Part shown: positions 42,572-50,225 of the stretch, one piece after another
Numbering within the stretch: the first letter of the stretch is position 1
Layout: the number at the start of each line of letters is the position of its first letter
IMG/VR virus record: IMGVR_UViG_3300009149_000039
Span: 1-55,342 of that record
Direction: 5' to 3' (one strand)
Origin: a virus
Taxonomy: Duplodnaviria > Caudoviricetes
DNA: 55,342 bases
Made by a program: the position numbers and the translations under genes
The notes under the pieces: model-generated
The model's database searches: none
Told to the model about the DNA's origin: nothing
What the model saw: only the letters and a program-made list of their open reading frames with translations

Positions 42572-44578
42572 ATGAGCGGAGTAGAATTTTTTGATAGTCC
42601 AGAAAAACAAGGGCAGAAAGGTAAGAAGACAAATTCAAAAACACCTATATTAGACAACTTTTCACGAGATTTAACAAGATTAGCGAAAGAAGGGTTATTA
42701 GACCCCGTAATAGGTAGGGAAAAAGAAGTAACAAGAATATCACAAATATTATCACGAAAGAAAAAAAATAATGTGGTTATTGTTGGTGAGCCAGGAACAG
42801 GAAAAACAGCATTAGTCGAAAAATTAGCACAACAAATAGAGCAAGGAGATTGTCCAACACCATTATTAGATAAAAGGATTGTCGCACTTGATTTAACATC
42901 ATTAGTTGCAGGAACGAAATATCGTGGACAATTCGAAGAAAGAATTAAAGCAATTATAAATGAATTAACAGACACATCCGATGTGATAATTTTTATTGAT
43001 GAATTACATACAATGGTTGGAGCAGGAAACGCTACAGGCTCAATGGATGCTGCAAATATATTAAAGCCCGCATTAGCACGAGGTGAAATACAATGTATAG
43101 GTTCTACCACATTTGATGATTTTAAAAAACATATAGAAAAAGATGGTGCATTAGTAAGAAGATTCCAAAAGCTTATTTTAAAAGAACCAACAAAAGATGA
43201 AACAATTGAAATTTTAAATACCTTAAAATCAACATATGAAGATTATCATAAGGTGTATTATGAACCAAATGTAATAGAAACAATTGTTATGTTATCTGGT
43301 AGATATATTACGGATAGACAATTCCCTGATAAAGCAATTGATGTTTTAGATGAATTAGGTTCGGAGAAAAAAATATCAGGTAAAATCCCCGCTAATATAG
43401 AAGGTATTAAAGATAAAATAAATAAAATAAAACAAGATAAGACTAAAGTAGTTAAAAACCAAGATTACGAAAAAGCAGCAAAACTAAGGGACGAAGAACA
43501 AGATTTATTAAAAAAATTAGACAAAGAAAAAAAAGTATGGGAAAATAAGCAAAAGAATAACAAGATGCCTATATCAGTTGAAGATGTATATTCAATAGTA
43601 TCCGAATCAACAGGTGTCCCTATACATAAATTAGACACCAAGGAATCAAGTAATTTATTAAATTTAGAAGCTAGTTTATCAACAAAAATAATTGGTCAAG
43701 ATGAAGCCATATCAACGATATCTAAAGCCATTAGAAGAAACCGTGTTGGTATAAAAGATAGTAATAAACCTATTGGGTCATTTATGTTTTTAGGATCAAC
43801 CGGTGTCGGTAAAACTTATTTAGCGAAATGTCTTGCCGAAGAGTTGTTTGGTGACCCAGATAAAATTATCCGTATTGATATGAGTGAATATATGGAAAAA
43901 TTCGCAGTTTCAAGATTGGTAGGTGCACCCCCTGGATATGTTGGGTATGATGAAGGTGGTCAACTTACAGAATTAATTAAAAATAATCCATTCTCGGTCA
44001 TTCTTTTTGATGAAATAGAAAAGGCACATAAAGATATATTTAACATATTCTTACAAATTCTTGATGAAGGTAGGATAACGGATTCATTTGGTAGAACTGT
44101 TAACTTCACTAATACCTTGATTATTATGACATCCAACATCGGGTCTAAAAGAGTATCAGAATTTGGTGCTGGAATTGGTTATTCCGCAGGTAAAAACAAA
44201 GACAATAATAAAAAAGAAATTATCCAAAGGGAACTAAAAAAACATTTTACACCTGAATTTCTTAATAGGGTTGATGACACCATAATATTTAATGGATTAA
44301 CAGATGATGTATTTAAAAAAATTATAACCATCGAATTGTCAAAACTTAATAATAGAATAAAGGAAAAAAACTATAACCTAACTTTTGATACATCAGTATC
44401 AGATAGAATATTTGAACTTAATTCTGAAGAAGATTACGGAGCAAGACCAATAAAACGAATTATTCAGAATTTAGTTGAAGACTTTTTAAGTGAAGAAATA
44501 CTAAAAGGTAAATTAAAAGAAAATGTCCAACAAATAATGAGATATAAGAATAATAAACTAACAATAACCAAAAAATAG
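42572..44578 (+). CDS. clpC: ClpC-like AAA+ ATPase lacking N-terminal domain
   Basis: Two Walker A motifs (GEPGTGKT, GSTGVGKT), RGQFEER, UVR motif QDYEKAAKLRD, GAPPGYVG, IGY loop. Confidence 0.9.
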   Translation: MSGVEFFDSPEKQGQKGKKTNSKTPILDNFSRDLTRLAKEGLLDPVIGREKEVTRISQILSRKKKNNVVIVGEPGTGKTALVEKLAQQIEQGDCPTPLLDKRIVALDLTSLVAGTKYRGQFEERIKAIINELTDTSDVIIFIDELHTMVGAGNATGSMDAANILKPALARGEIQCIGSTTFDDFKKHIEKDGALVRRFQKLILKEPTKDETIEILNTLKSTYEDYHKVYYEPNVIETIVMLSGRYITDRQFPDKAIDVLDELGSEKKISGKIPANIEGIKDKINKIKQDKTKVVKNQDYEKAAKLRDEEQDLLKKLDKEKKVWENKQKNNKMPISVEDVYSIVSESTGVPIHKLDTKESSNLLNLEASLSTKIIGQDEAISTISKAIRRNRVGIKDSNKPIGSFMFLGSTGVGKTYLAKCLAEELFGDPDKIIRIDMSEYMEKFAVSRLVGAPPGYVGYDEGGQLTELIKNNPFSVILFDEIEKAHKDIFNIFLQILDEGRITDSFGRTVNFTNTLIIMTSNIGSKRVSEFGAGIGYSAGKNKDNNKKEIIQRELKKHFTPEFLNRVDDTIIFNGLTDDVFKKIITIELSKLNNRIKEKNYNLTFDTSVSDRIFELNSEEDYGARPIKRIIQNLVEDFLSEEILKGKLKENVQQIMRYKNNKLTITKK

Positions 44579-44679
44579 TTTAGATATTAATATCTTTTCC
44601 CTAAATATTTTATATTTATATACACTAACAAATTTTATTTTTTTCCTCTTTTATAGTAAAAATAAAATATAATATGGCT

Positions 44680-44709
44680 AAACCCGCAACATATGTTGTG
44701 GGTTTTTTT
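44680..44709 (+). terminator. Intrinsic terminator downstream of clp
   Basis: aaacccgcaac-atat-gttgtgggttttttt. Confidence 0.7.
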
Positions 44710-44754
44710 ATCGCTTATTTTGAATTGTCAATTATTTTTAATATATTTACTAAT

Positions 44755-45099
44755 ATGGGAACACAATCAAAGATAATAACAGATGTAGATGATGTCAAAA
44801 CATTTCTAACAATAGACGCGAATAAATCATATTCTGATTTCCAAACTTTTTATCAAGAAAATAAAGATACTATATATAAAGGTATAATATCATTATATGA
44901 ACAATTTGGTAGAACTAAAAATCAAAATTTGAAAATAGTTGTTAAATCTATAATTGTTGATTACAAATGGGACGCAAATTTAATATTTGAAAAAAGTGAC
45001 ACAAAAGCTCTTATGACATTCATATTACCATATTATGAAAATAATGAAGAATTTGAAACATGTGCTCATATTATGAAAATATACAAAAAATTACAATAG
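44755..45099 (+). CDS. Hypothetical protein
   Basis: Probable start MGTQSK (the longer track start lies in the terminator). Confidence 0.6.
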   Translation: MGTQSKIITDVDDVKTFLTIDANKSYSDFQTFYQENKDTIYKGIISLYEQFGRTKNQNLKIVVKSIIVDYKWDANLIFEKSDTKALMTFILPYYENNEEFETCAHIMKIYKKLQ

Positions 45100-45537
45100 T
45101 TCACTTGAACTATCCCCAATATTACTGTCAGTAGCACTTTCCTTAGCAGAATCACTTGAATTAAATTGATACCCTTCATACTCGGTTTCATAATACGATT
45201 CACCATAACCACCACCATAACCACCGCCACCATAACCACCACGATAACCACTACCCCTTGATGAGAATTTATCGACAGAATCAGCCCCCATACCAATGGC
45301 GGTTATAATCATTACCGCATCAACAAGAAAATCGGCTGGAATGAAATTAGGATAAAAACTATTTGCTAACATCGCACCACATAAAAATACTGAACCAACA
45401 AAAGCAATAACGGGTTTTATTGATGTTTCACCCCTTTCATCCTCAAATAAATTAATTATCCAGGTTTTAAATGTAACATTGTCGTTTTCCGTTCCACGCA
45501 CGACATATCTTTGTCTTTGTTTAACTGTGCTTTCCAT
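45091..45537 (-). CDS. Two-TM membrane protein with Gly-Tyr-rich tail (holin-like?)
   Basis: Two hydrophobic helices, GGYGGGGYGGGYG; TATTTATA upstream. Confidence 0.6.
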   Translation of the reverse strand: MESTVKQRQRYVVRGTENDNVTFKTWIINLFEDERGETSIKPVIAFVGSVFLCGAMLANSFYPNFIPADFLVDAVMIITAIGMGADSVDKFSSRGSGYRGGYGGGGYGGGYGESYYETEYEGYQFNSSDSAKESATDSNIGDSSSELL

Positions 45538-45711
45538 AAAATCACTTTTTATTATAAATATTTCGTTGTTAATTTACATATTTTTAATGAAATAGTGTAT
45601 AGATATGGGGAAAATTTTATAGTAACTTTCCCGTAAACCCACTTTTTTATTGTTAGGGATTACACAAGAAACGGTTATTAATAAAAAAAAACAAACTTTT
45701 TTTCGTTTTTT

Positions 45712-45743
45712 CTTGGCAGTTATAATATTTATACGTATATTTG
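45712..45743 (+). promoter_or_regulatory. Bacteroidota-type promoter of tRNA array 1
   Basis: CTTG 45712-45715, N20, TATATTTG 45736-45743. Confidence 0.7.
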
Positions 45744-45777
45744 CAAAAGTTATTTAAAAAAGATAAAATAAAATTCA

Positions 45778-45879
45778 ATGAGACCAACAGTACATATAGA
45801 AATTTCGATGGCGTGTTCAAAGTGGACAGATGAGCGTGATTTTGCCCTGTGCCGAGGTTTTGAAAAAGAATTTATATGA
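45778..45879 (+). CDS. Leader peptide 1 (putative attenuator uORF), MRPTVHIEISMACSKWTDERDFALCRGFEKEFI
   Basis: 33 codons between promoter and terminator; contains the antiterminator strand ccgaggttttga. Confidence 0.7.
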   Translation: MRPTVHIEISMACSKWTDERDFALCRGFEKEFI

Positions 45880-45904
45880 TAATATAAAAATTCGCATATT
45901 AGTC

Positions 45905-45938
45905 AAAACCTCGGAACAAAATTCCGGGGTTTTTTTTT
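45905..45938 (+). terminator. Attenuator terminator 1
   Basis: aaaacctcggaa-caaaa-ttccggggtttt plus U-run, located upstream of the first tRNA. Confidence 0.85.
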
Positions 45939-45953
45939 GTTCTTTAAAATAAT

Positions 45954-46027
45954 GGGACCATAGCTGAGCCCGGTTTTAGCACTGCTTTTGCAAGGCAGGG
46001 ACGGGGGTTCGAATCCCCCTGGCTCCA
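45954..46027 (+). tRNA. tRNA-Ala(TGC)
   Basis: ctgct-ttTGCaa-ggcag; G3:U70; GTTCGAATC. Confidence 0.85.
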
Positions 46028-46158
46028 CAAAATAGGTAAATAGATAATATCTACCAAAGAATTATCAGATTACCGTGAGTTGTTAGGTACTTTTGTAAAG
46101 TTAACTTAACAAAAATGTCCAACAACTTACAAAGCGATCTTTGACATCTTGGTCTTTT

Positions 46159-46236
46159 CGGTAAGTATCCCCCCTGCCTGATACGCAGGAGCGAGGTAAC
46201 TGGTTGAAAATGTGGGTTCGAATCCCACCTTACCGA
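46159..46236 (+). tRNA. Atypical tRNA-Ile(GAT)-like, no D arm, long variable region
   Basis: cggtaag/cttaccg acceptor, cctgc-ctGATac-gcagg, gtggg-ttcgaat-cccac. Confidence 0.55.
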
Positions 46237-46326
46237 CATATGGTGATGTAGCTCAGTAGACTGAAAAAAAATATTAGATTTCAGTTTTTATATGTTTTTT
46301 TAGTATTTATATATAAAATATATATT

Positions 46327-46752
46327 ATGAAAATATGTACAAAATGTAAGAATGAAAAAAACGAAAGTGAATTTTTTTTTAAGAATAAACAAAAAGGTAT
46401 TTTACATTCTAATTGTAAAGATTGTAAACGTGAAATAGATAGACGAAGTTATCACGAAAACAGAAATAATAGAAAAGATAAAATTAGAAAACGTTCTTAT
46501 GATGAAGTAAAAAGAGTTAGAGAATATTATATAGAATATAAGAAAAAACAAAAATGTAATAATTGTGGTGATGATAGATGGTATGTTTTAGATTTTCATC
46601 ATATTGAAAATAAGAAACACACAATAAGTTTTTTAGGAAAGAGGGGGAATATGAAAAAATTAAAAAAAGAACTTACTAAATGTGTACCTTTATGTGCGAA
46701 TTGTCATAGAGAATTACATTATTTAGAACATAACGGAGTGTTGGCAGATTAG
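46327..46752 (+). CDS. HNH homing endonuclease
   Basis: CTKC..CKDC zinc ribbon; LDFHH...KCVPLCANCHRELH. Confidence 0.85.
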   Translation: MKICTKCKNEKNESEFFFKNKQKGILHSNCKDCKREIDRRSYHENRNNRKDKIRKRSYDEVKRVREYYIEYKKKQKCNNCGDDRWYVLDFHHIENKKHTISFLGKRGNMKKLKKELTKCVPLCANCHRELHYLEHNGVLAD

Positions 46753-46807
46753 GTAATTGCGTTGGTCTGAAAAACCAAAGGAACTGGCTCGATACCAGTA
46801 CACTCCA
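46735..46807 (+). tRNA. tRNA-Phe(GAA)
   Basis: ttggt-ctGAAaa-accaa; ggagtgt/acactcc. Confidence 0.8.
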
Positions 46808-46812
46808 CAAAT

Positions 46813-46888
46813 AATTCCGTAGCTCAGTTGGTAGAGCATTAGATTTTTAATCTAAGGGTCGTGGGATCGTGCCCCACCGGGATTACCA
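46813..46888 (+). tRNA. tRNA-Lys(TTT)
   Basis: ttaga-ttTTTaa-tctaa; encoded ACCA. Confidence 0.85.
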
Positions 46889-46891
46889 AAT

Positions 46892-46973
46892 GCACCCGTG
46901 ACCGAGCGGAGCGAAAGCGTCAGGCACCACTCTTTTAAAGTGGGTTACATAGGTTCGAATCCTATCGGGTGCA
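46892..46973 (+). tRNA. tRNA-Lys(TTT) with D-loop insertion
   Basis: ccact-ctTTTaa-agtgg; gcacccg/cgggtgc. Confidence 0.75.
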
Positions 46974-47037
46974 CATTATAATCGGAAGGTTATAATCATA
47001 TATAAAGAGTAAGATGCATATGAAATTTATATATGTT

Positions 47038-47110
47038 AGCGGTAAGGTGTTGTGGGCGAGCATCCCCCCGTGCGAGGGGGTGGCTGTAGGTTCAAATCCT
47101 GCTACCGCTG
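47038..47110 (+). tRNA. tRNA-like, ambiguous anticodon (GCG or TGC)
   Basis: agcggta/taccgct acceptor, T arm gtagg-ttcaaat-cctgc; loop cgtgcga. Confidence 0.5.
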
Positions 47111-47240
47111 CAAAAATAGTTACTAGGTTAGCATATAATCGTATAATACCCGTTTATATGCTACTGGGGTAACATAAGATATTATAATCGGAAGGTTATA
47201 ATCAACATCAAATAATAATTGTACAATAAAATTGATGTTG

Positions 47241-47313
47241 TACGATGTGGGGGAGGGGTTACCTCGCCGCCAGCGAAAGGGCGGAGGCACAAGTTCGAAT
47301 CTTGTCATCGTAA
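47241..47313 (+). tRNA. tRNA-like with 8-nt non-canonical anticodon loop
   Basis: tacgatg/catcgta; ccgcc-agcgaaag-ggcgg; acaag-ttcgaat-cttgt. Confidence 0.5.
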
Positions 47314-47504
47314 CTATTCGAACACGAAGTGAAAACTGATATAAAAGTTTAATCTAAAGTGTACGGAAAATTTAATTATAACAATAGCAAAGGCGAAAAA
47401 AACCGTGAGCAGAGGAAGGGTCTGACAGGTAATTAAATTGGAACTACATAAGTAAATTAAATGAGTAATTGATGTTAGTAGTTAAGTTAGTAGACATATC
47501 GTTT

Positions 47505-47588
47505 GCACTTGTAGTTCAATGGGTAGAACATGGGAACGCATTTGCTATTCTTAATCCCAAGATATGAGTTCGAATCTCATCTGGTGAA
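47505..47588 (+). tRNA. tRNA-like with 19-nt anticodon loop
   Basis: Normal D and T arms; tggga-N19-tccca; weak acceptor stem. Confidence 0.45.
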
Positions 47589-47609
47589 TAACAAACGATA
47601 TGAATTTTC

Positions 47610-47681
47610 GTCTTCGTAGTGTAACCAGGTTAGCACGCAACCCTGTCACGGTTGTAGAGGGGTTCGAATCCCACGGGGACG
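47610..47681 (+). tRNA. tRNA-Asp(GTC)
   Basis: caacc-ctGTCac-ggttg. Confidence 0.8.
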
Positions 47682-47711
47682 GCTTTATTAAAAATAGAAT
47701 AATATAACATC

Positions 47712-47781
47712 CCTCCAGTAGTTCAATGGTAGAATATCTGATTGTGGTTCAGAAGATCAGGGTTCGAGTCCCGCTGGTTGA
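47712..47781 (+). tRNA. tRNA-His(GTG), weak acceptor stem
   Basis: tctga-ttGTGgt-tcaga. Confidence 0.6.
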
Positions 47782-47915
47782 CAAATGTGATTAGTGAGTC
47801 GGGGTATGAAGACACGCCCAGCAGAAACGCAAGCAAACGAAAGCAACTGATTAGTGTTTATCAGTATTTTTAAATTATACCTTTAAAAAAGAATAAAAAT
47901 TTAAACTTTAATAAA

Positions 47916-48170
47916 ATGGAATACATTAAAAAAGAAGACATTAAAGTCGGTTGGTATATCGGTTTTTGTCGCAACGCAAATTTAGCATTTTGGGATGGAA
48001 AAGAATTTATGCATATTAGAAATAAGTTCTTTTATAGATGGGATACCATAGAGCATTTCGATGATGTAAAAGAAAAAAAATTAGATGGTTTTGTCCCATT
48101 AAAAAAATTGGAATATGAAGAACCAGACTATAAAGTAATTGAAAAAGTAAAACAAGAAATAGGTTATTAA
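47916..48170 (+). CDS. Hypothetical protein
   Basis: 84-aa ORF within tRNA array. Confidence 0.65.
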   Translation: MEYIKKEDIKVGWYIGFCRNANLAFWDGKEFMHIRNKFFYRWDTIEHFDDVKEKKLDGFVPLKKLEYEEPDYKVIEKVKQEIGY

Positions 48171-48213
48171 GCTGACAAAAATTTAAAAAAGTAAACATAT
48201 AAGCTGACAAAAC

Positions 48214-48286
48214 GCTCCTGTCGTCTAATGGTTCAGGATAGAGGACCTTCAATCCCCAGATGCGAGTTCGATTCTCGTCAGGAGTA
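48214..48286 (+). tRNA. tRNA-Glu(TTC)
   Basis: Glu-type D arm tcgtctaatggttcaggat; loop ccTTCaa. Confidence 0.75.
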
Positions 48287-48304
48287 CAAAGAATTTTTTA
48301 TTAT

Positions 48305-48374
48305 TGCGGGGAGCTCTGGGTAAGCCACGACTCTCATAAGGTCGGAAAGAATAGTTCGATTCTATTCCCCGCAA
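48305..48374 (+). tRNA. tRNA-Met(CAT)
   Basis: cgact-ctCATaa-ggtcg; short D arm. Confidence 0.65.
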
Positions 48375-48383
48375 CATAATTTT

Positions 48384-48457
48384 GGGCCTGTAGCTCAGTT
48401 GGTCAGAGCAGCACACTCATAATGTGAAGGTCGTTGGTTCGAACCCATCCTGGCCCA
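48384..48457 (+). tRNA. tRNA-Ile2/Met(CAT)
   Basis: gggcctg acceptor, canonical D arm, caca-ctCATaa-tgtg. Confidence 0.8.
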
Positions 48458-48582
48458 CAATTTTTAAAATCCCCCGAGGGGGGGTCGGGGAAATAAAATT
48501 AGGAAACAGTTGTTTTTATTAATGTTTTATGTTATATTATGTCGTAAAAGTAGTAAACATTGTCGACAAAAAAGAAAAAAAT

Positions 48583-49017
48583 ATGAAAAAATTATTATGG
48601 TTAGACGATTTTAGGGACCCATTTGATGAAAAATCAAATTGGTTAGCATATAACTCAATACGAATAGAAAAACCATTCGAAATAATATGGGTTAAAAATT
48701 ATGATGAATTTATAGATTGGATAATTAAAAATGGATTACCATACCAAATAAGTTTTGACCACGATTTGGCGGATGAACATTATAGTCCTGATATGTATAA
48801 AACACCAGATGTATATAATAAACATTATGATGATTTTAGAGAAAAAACAGGTATGGATTGTGCAAAATGGTTAATAAGTTATTGTATAAACAATAATGTA
48901 AGTGTTCCTAAATTTACTGTACATAGTGCGAATCCCGTTGGTGGTGAAAATATTCGAGCACTACTTAGTAACTTTATCCGGCATCATCCGGTAATAAATA
49001 ATAAAAATTCTTGTTGA
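48583..49017 (+). CDS. Cyclic-phosphate-processing receiver-domain protein
   Basis: LWLDDFR, ISFDHDL, TGMDCAKWL, VHSANPVG; probable start MKKLLW. Confidence 0.75.
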   Translation: MKKLLWLDDFRDPFDEKSNWLAYNSIRIEKPFEIIWVKNYDEFIDWIIKNGLPYQISFDHDLADEHYSPDMYKTPDVYNKHYDDFREKTGMDCAKWLISYCINNNVSVPKFTVHSANPVGGENIRALLSNFIRHHPVINNKNSC

Positions 49018-49144
49018 TAATCAACCGATTATAAGTTTATCCGGTAATATCTGGCAAAAAGTGTCCATGCAAATGGTATTTTTTATCCATTTTAGGGTAG
49101 CTTGGACATAATGTCCAAGCAAATGTCCAAGCTAACAAAATATA

Positions 49145-49384
49145 TTGAAATTTCTATCGCTCCACGGAGAGGAAATTCGGGACATCATCGCTTAAGGTAG
49201 AAGATAATATCATTAAAAATGCACGATATCATTTATTATGATATTAAGCAAAAATTGTGATATTATCGTTTGTACTACCGAGGATGCAACACAAAACAGT
49301 TTAGAGGGTGAGCGACTCTATTATAACGAGGTAGTGGCAAGTAGATAAATGATAGAATAATACAGAATCCCGGTTATATTTCAA
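49145..49384 (+). ncRNA. rnpB: RNase P RNA, minimal (~240 nt)
   Basis: GAGGAAATTCGGGA and ACAGAATCCCGGTTA (P4 signature), AGATAAATGAT, P1 ttgaaat/atttcaa, P2 ttctatc/gatagaa. Confidence 0.85.
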
Positions 49385-49393
49385 TTTTAATAC

Positions 49394-49465
49394 AGGTGTA
49401 TAGTTCAACGGCTAGAATAATGGTCTCCAAAACCATAGATGGGGGTTCGAATCCCTCTACTCCTG
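49394..49465 (+). tRNA. tRNA-Trp(CCA)
   Basis: atggt-ctCCAaa-accat. Confidence 0.85.
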
Positions 49466-49477
49466 CAAAAAATAAAT

Positions 49478-49549
49478 GGCCTTATAGTTCAATGGATAGA
49501 ACACAACACTACGGATGTTAAGATGAGAGTTCGAGTCTTTCTAGGGTCA
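49478..49549 (+). tRNA. tRNA-Arg(ACG)
   Basis: aaca-ctACGga-tgtt. Confidence 0.85.
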
Positions 49550-49557
49550 CTATATAT

Positions 49558-49635
49558 TGGGATTTTGGGTAGGGACAGTATCATGAACTGTTTTGGGTAG
49601 CACCCCCCGTTGAAGTTCGATTCTTCTAATCCCAA
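49558..49635 (+). tRNA. Atypical tRNA-like (CAT), reduced D arm, long variable arm
   Basis: tgggatt/aatccca; cagt-atCATga-actg; gaag-ttcgatt-cttc. Confidence 0.4.
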
Positions 49636-49741
49636 CAGTTAATCGGAATAATTCCGATTATGTGGTTCTTATATCGCAACTTAGTAGTAAAGGTGATATT
49701 AAGATCAAAGATGGGGGAAAACTAATGAAACCCCCATACCA

Positions 49742-49813
49742 GGTCCTGTGTCCGATTGGCTAAGGTGGCGGACTGCAAATCCGTTTATATGAGTTCGAAT
49801 CTCATCGGGACCT
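49742..49813 (+). tRNA. tRNA-Cys(GCA)
   Basis: gcgga-ctGCAaa-tccgt; U73. Confidence 0.9.
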
Positions 49814-49819
49814 CAATAT

Positions 49820-49893
49820 GGTGATTGTAGCTGAATTGGTAAAGCACCTGACTGTGAATCAGAAGATTGTCGGTTCGACCCCGATCTTTCACC
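49820..49893 (+). tRNA. tRNA-His(GTG)
   Basis: G-1, C73, ctga-ctGTGaa-tcag. Confidence 0.85.
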
Positions 49894-49901
49894 CAAATAA
49901 T

Positions 49902-49989
49902 ACACTCGCTCATTTGGCGTGACCTGCGGGCTCCAACCCCGTTCTTTTGAGTAGCAATATAGGTGAGGGTTCGAATCCCTACGAGTGTG
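49902..49989 (+). tRNA. Atypical tRNA-Trp(CCA) with long variable region
   Basis: acactcg/cgagtgt; gcggg-ctCCAac-cccgt; aggg-ttcgaat-ccct. Confidence 0.5.
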
Positions 49990-50078
49990 CAACATAACAT
50001 AGGGTGTAAACTTGTGGAGAAGCAAGTCTTCGGAAAATACGTACCGTTGAAGCATTTGATTCTGATGCAGCCCTAAAT

Positions 50079-50150
50079 CCCGCCCTGGCTTAATGGTAGA
50101 GCGTCACTCTCATAAGGTGAAGTGTTCCAGTTCGAATCTGGAGGGCGGGA
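50079..50150 (+). tRNA. tRNA-Met(CAT)
   Basis: tcact-ctCATaa-ggtga; cccgccc/gggcggg. Confidence 0.8.
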
Positions 50151-50225
50151 CAAAAAAAATAAATAAAATGTCGAACATAATGATTTTTTGTTTATATTTG
50201 CATTTGAATTTTAAAGTATATTATA

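Noticed and set aside
42526-43110. 194-aa minus ORF
   Set aside because: Typical antisense shadow of the Clp ATPase.
4870-45537. Stop-codon reassignment as in some gut jumbo phages
   Set aside because: Capsid, portal, terminase and Clp are full length in code 11, and TAG and TGA end genes at sensible positions.
47315-47494. 180-nt spacer as possible riboswitch or ncRNA
   Set aside because: Only an AT-rich closing helix is visible and no known motif could be matched by eye.
48214-48286. Possible UGA-suppressor (TCA) anticodon in ccttcaa
   Set aside because: Stem register centres the loop on TTC and the D arm is Glu-type.
50001-50075. tRNA-sized element agggtgt...gcagccct
   Set aside because: No recognisable anticodon or T loop; too degenerate to call.
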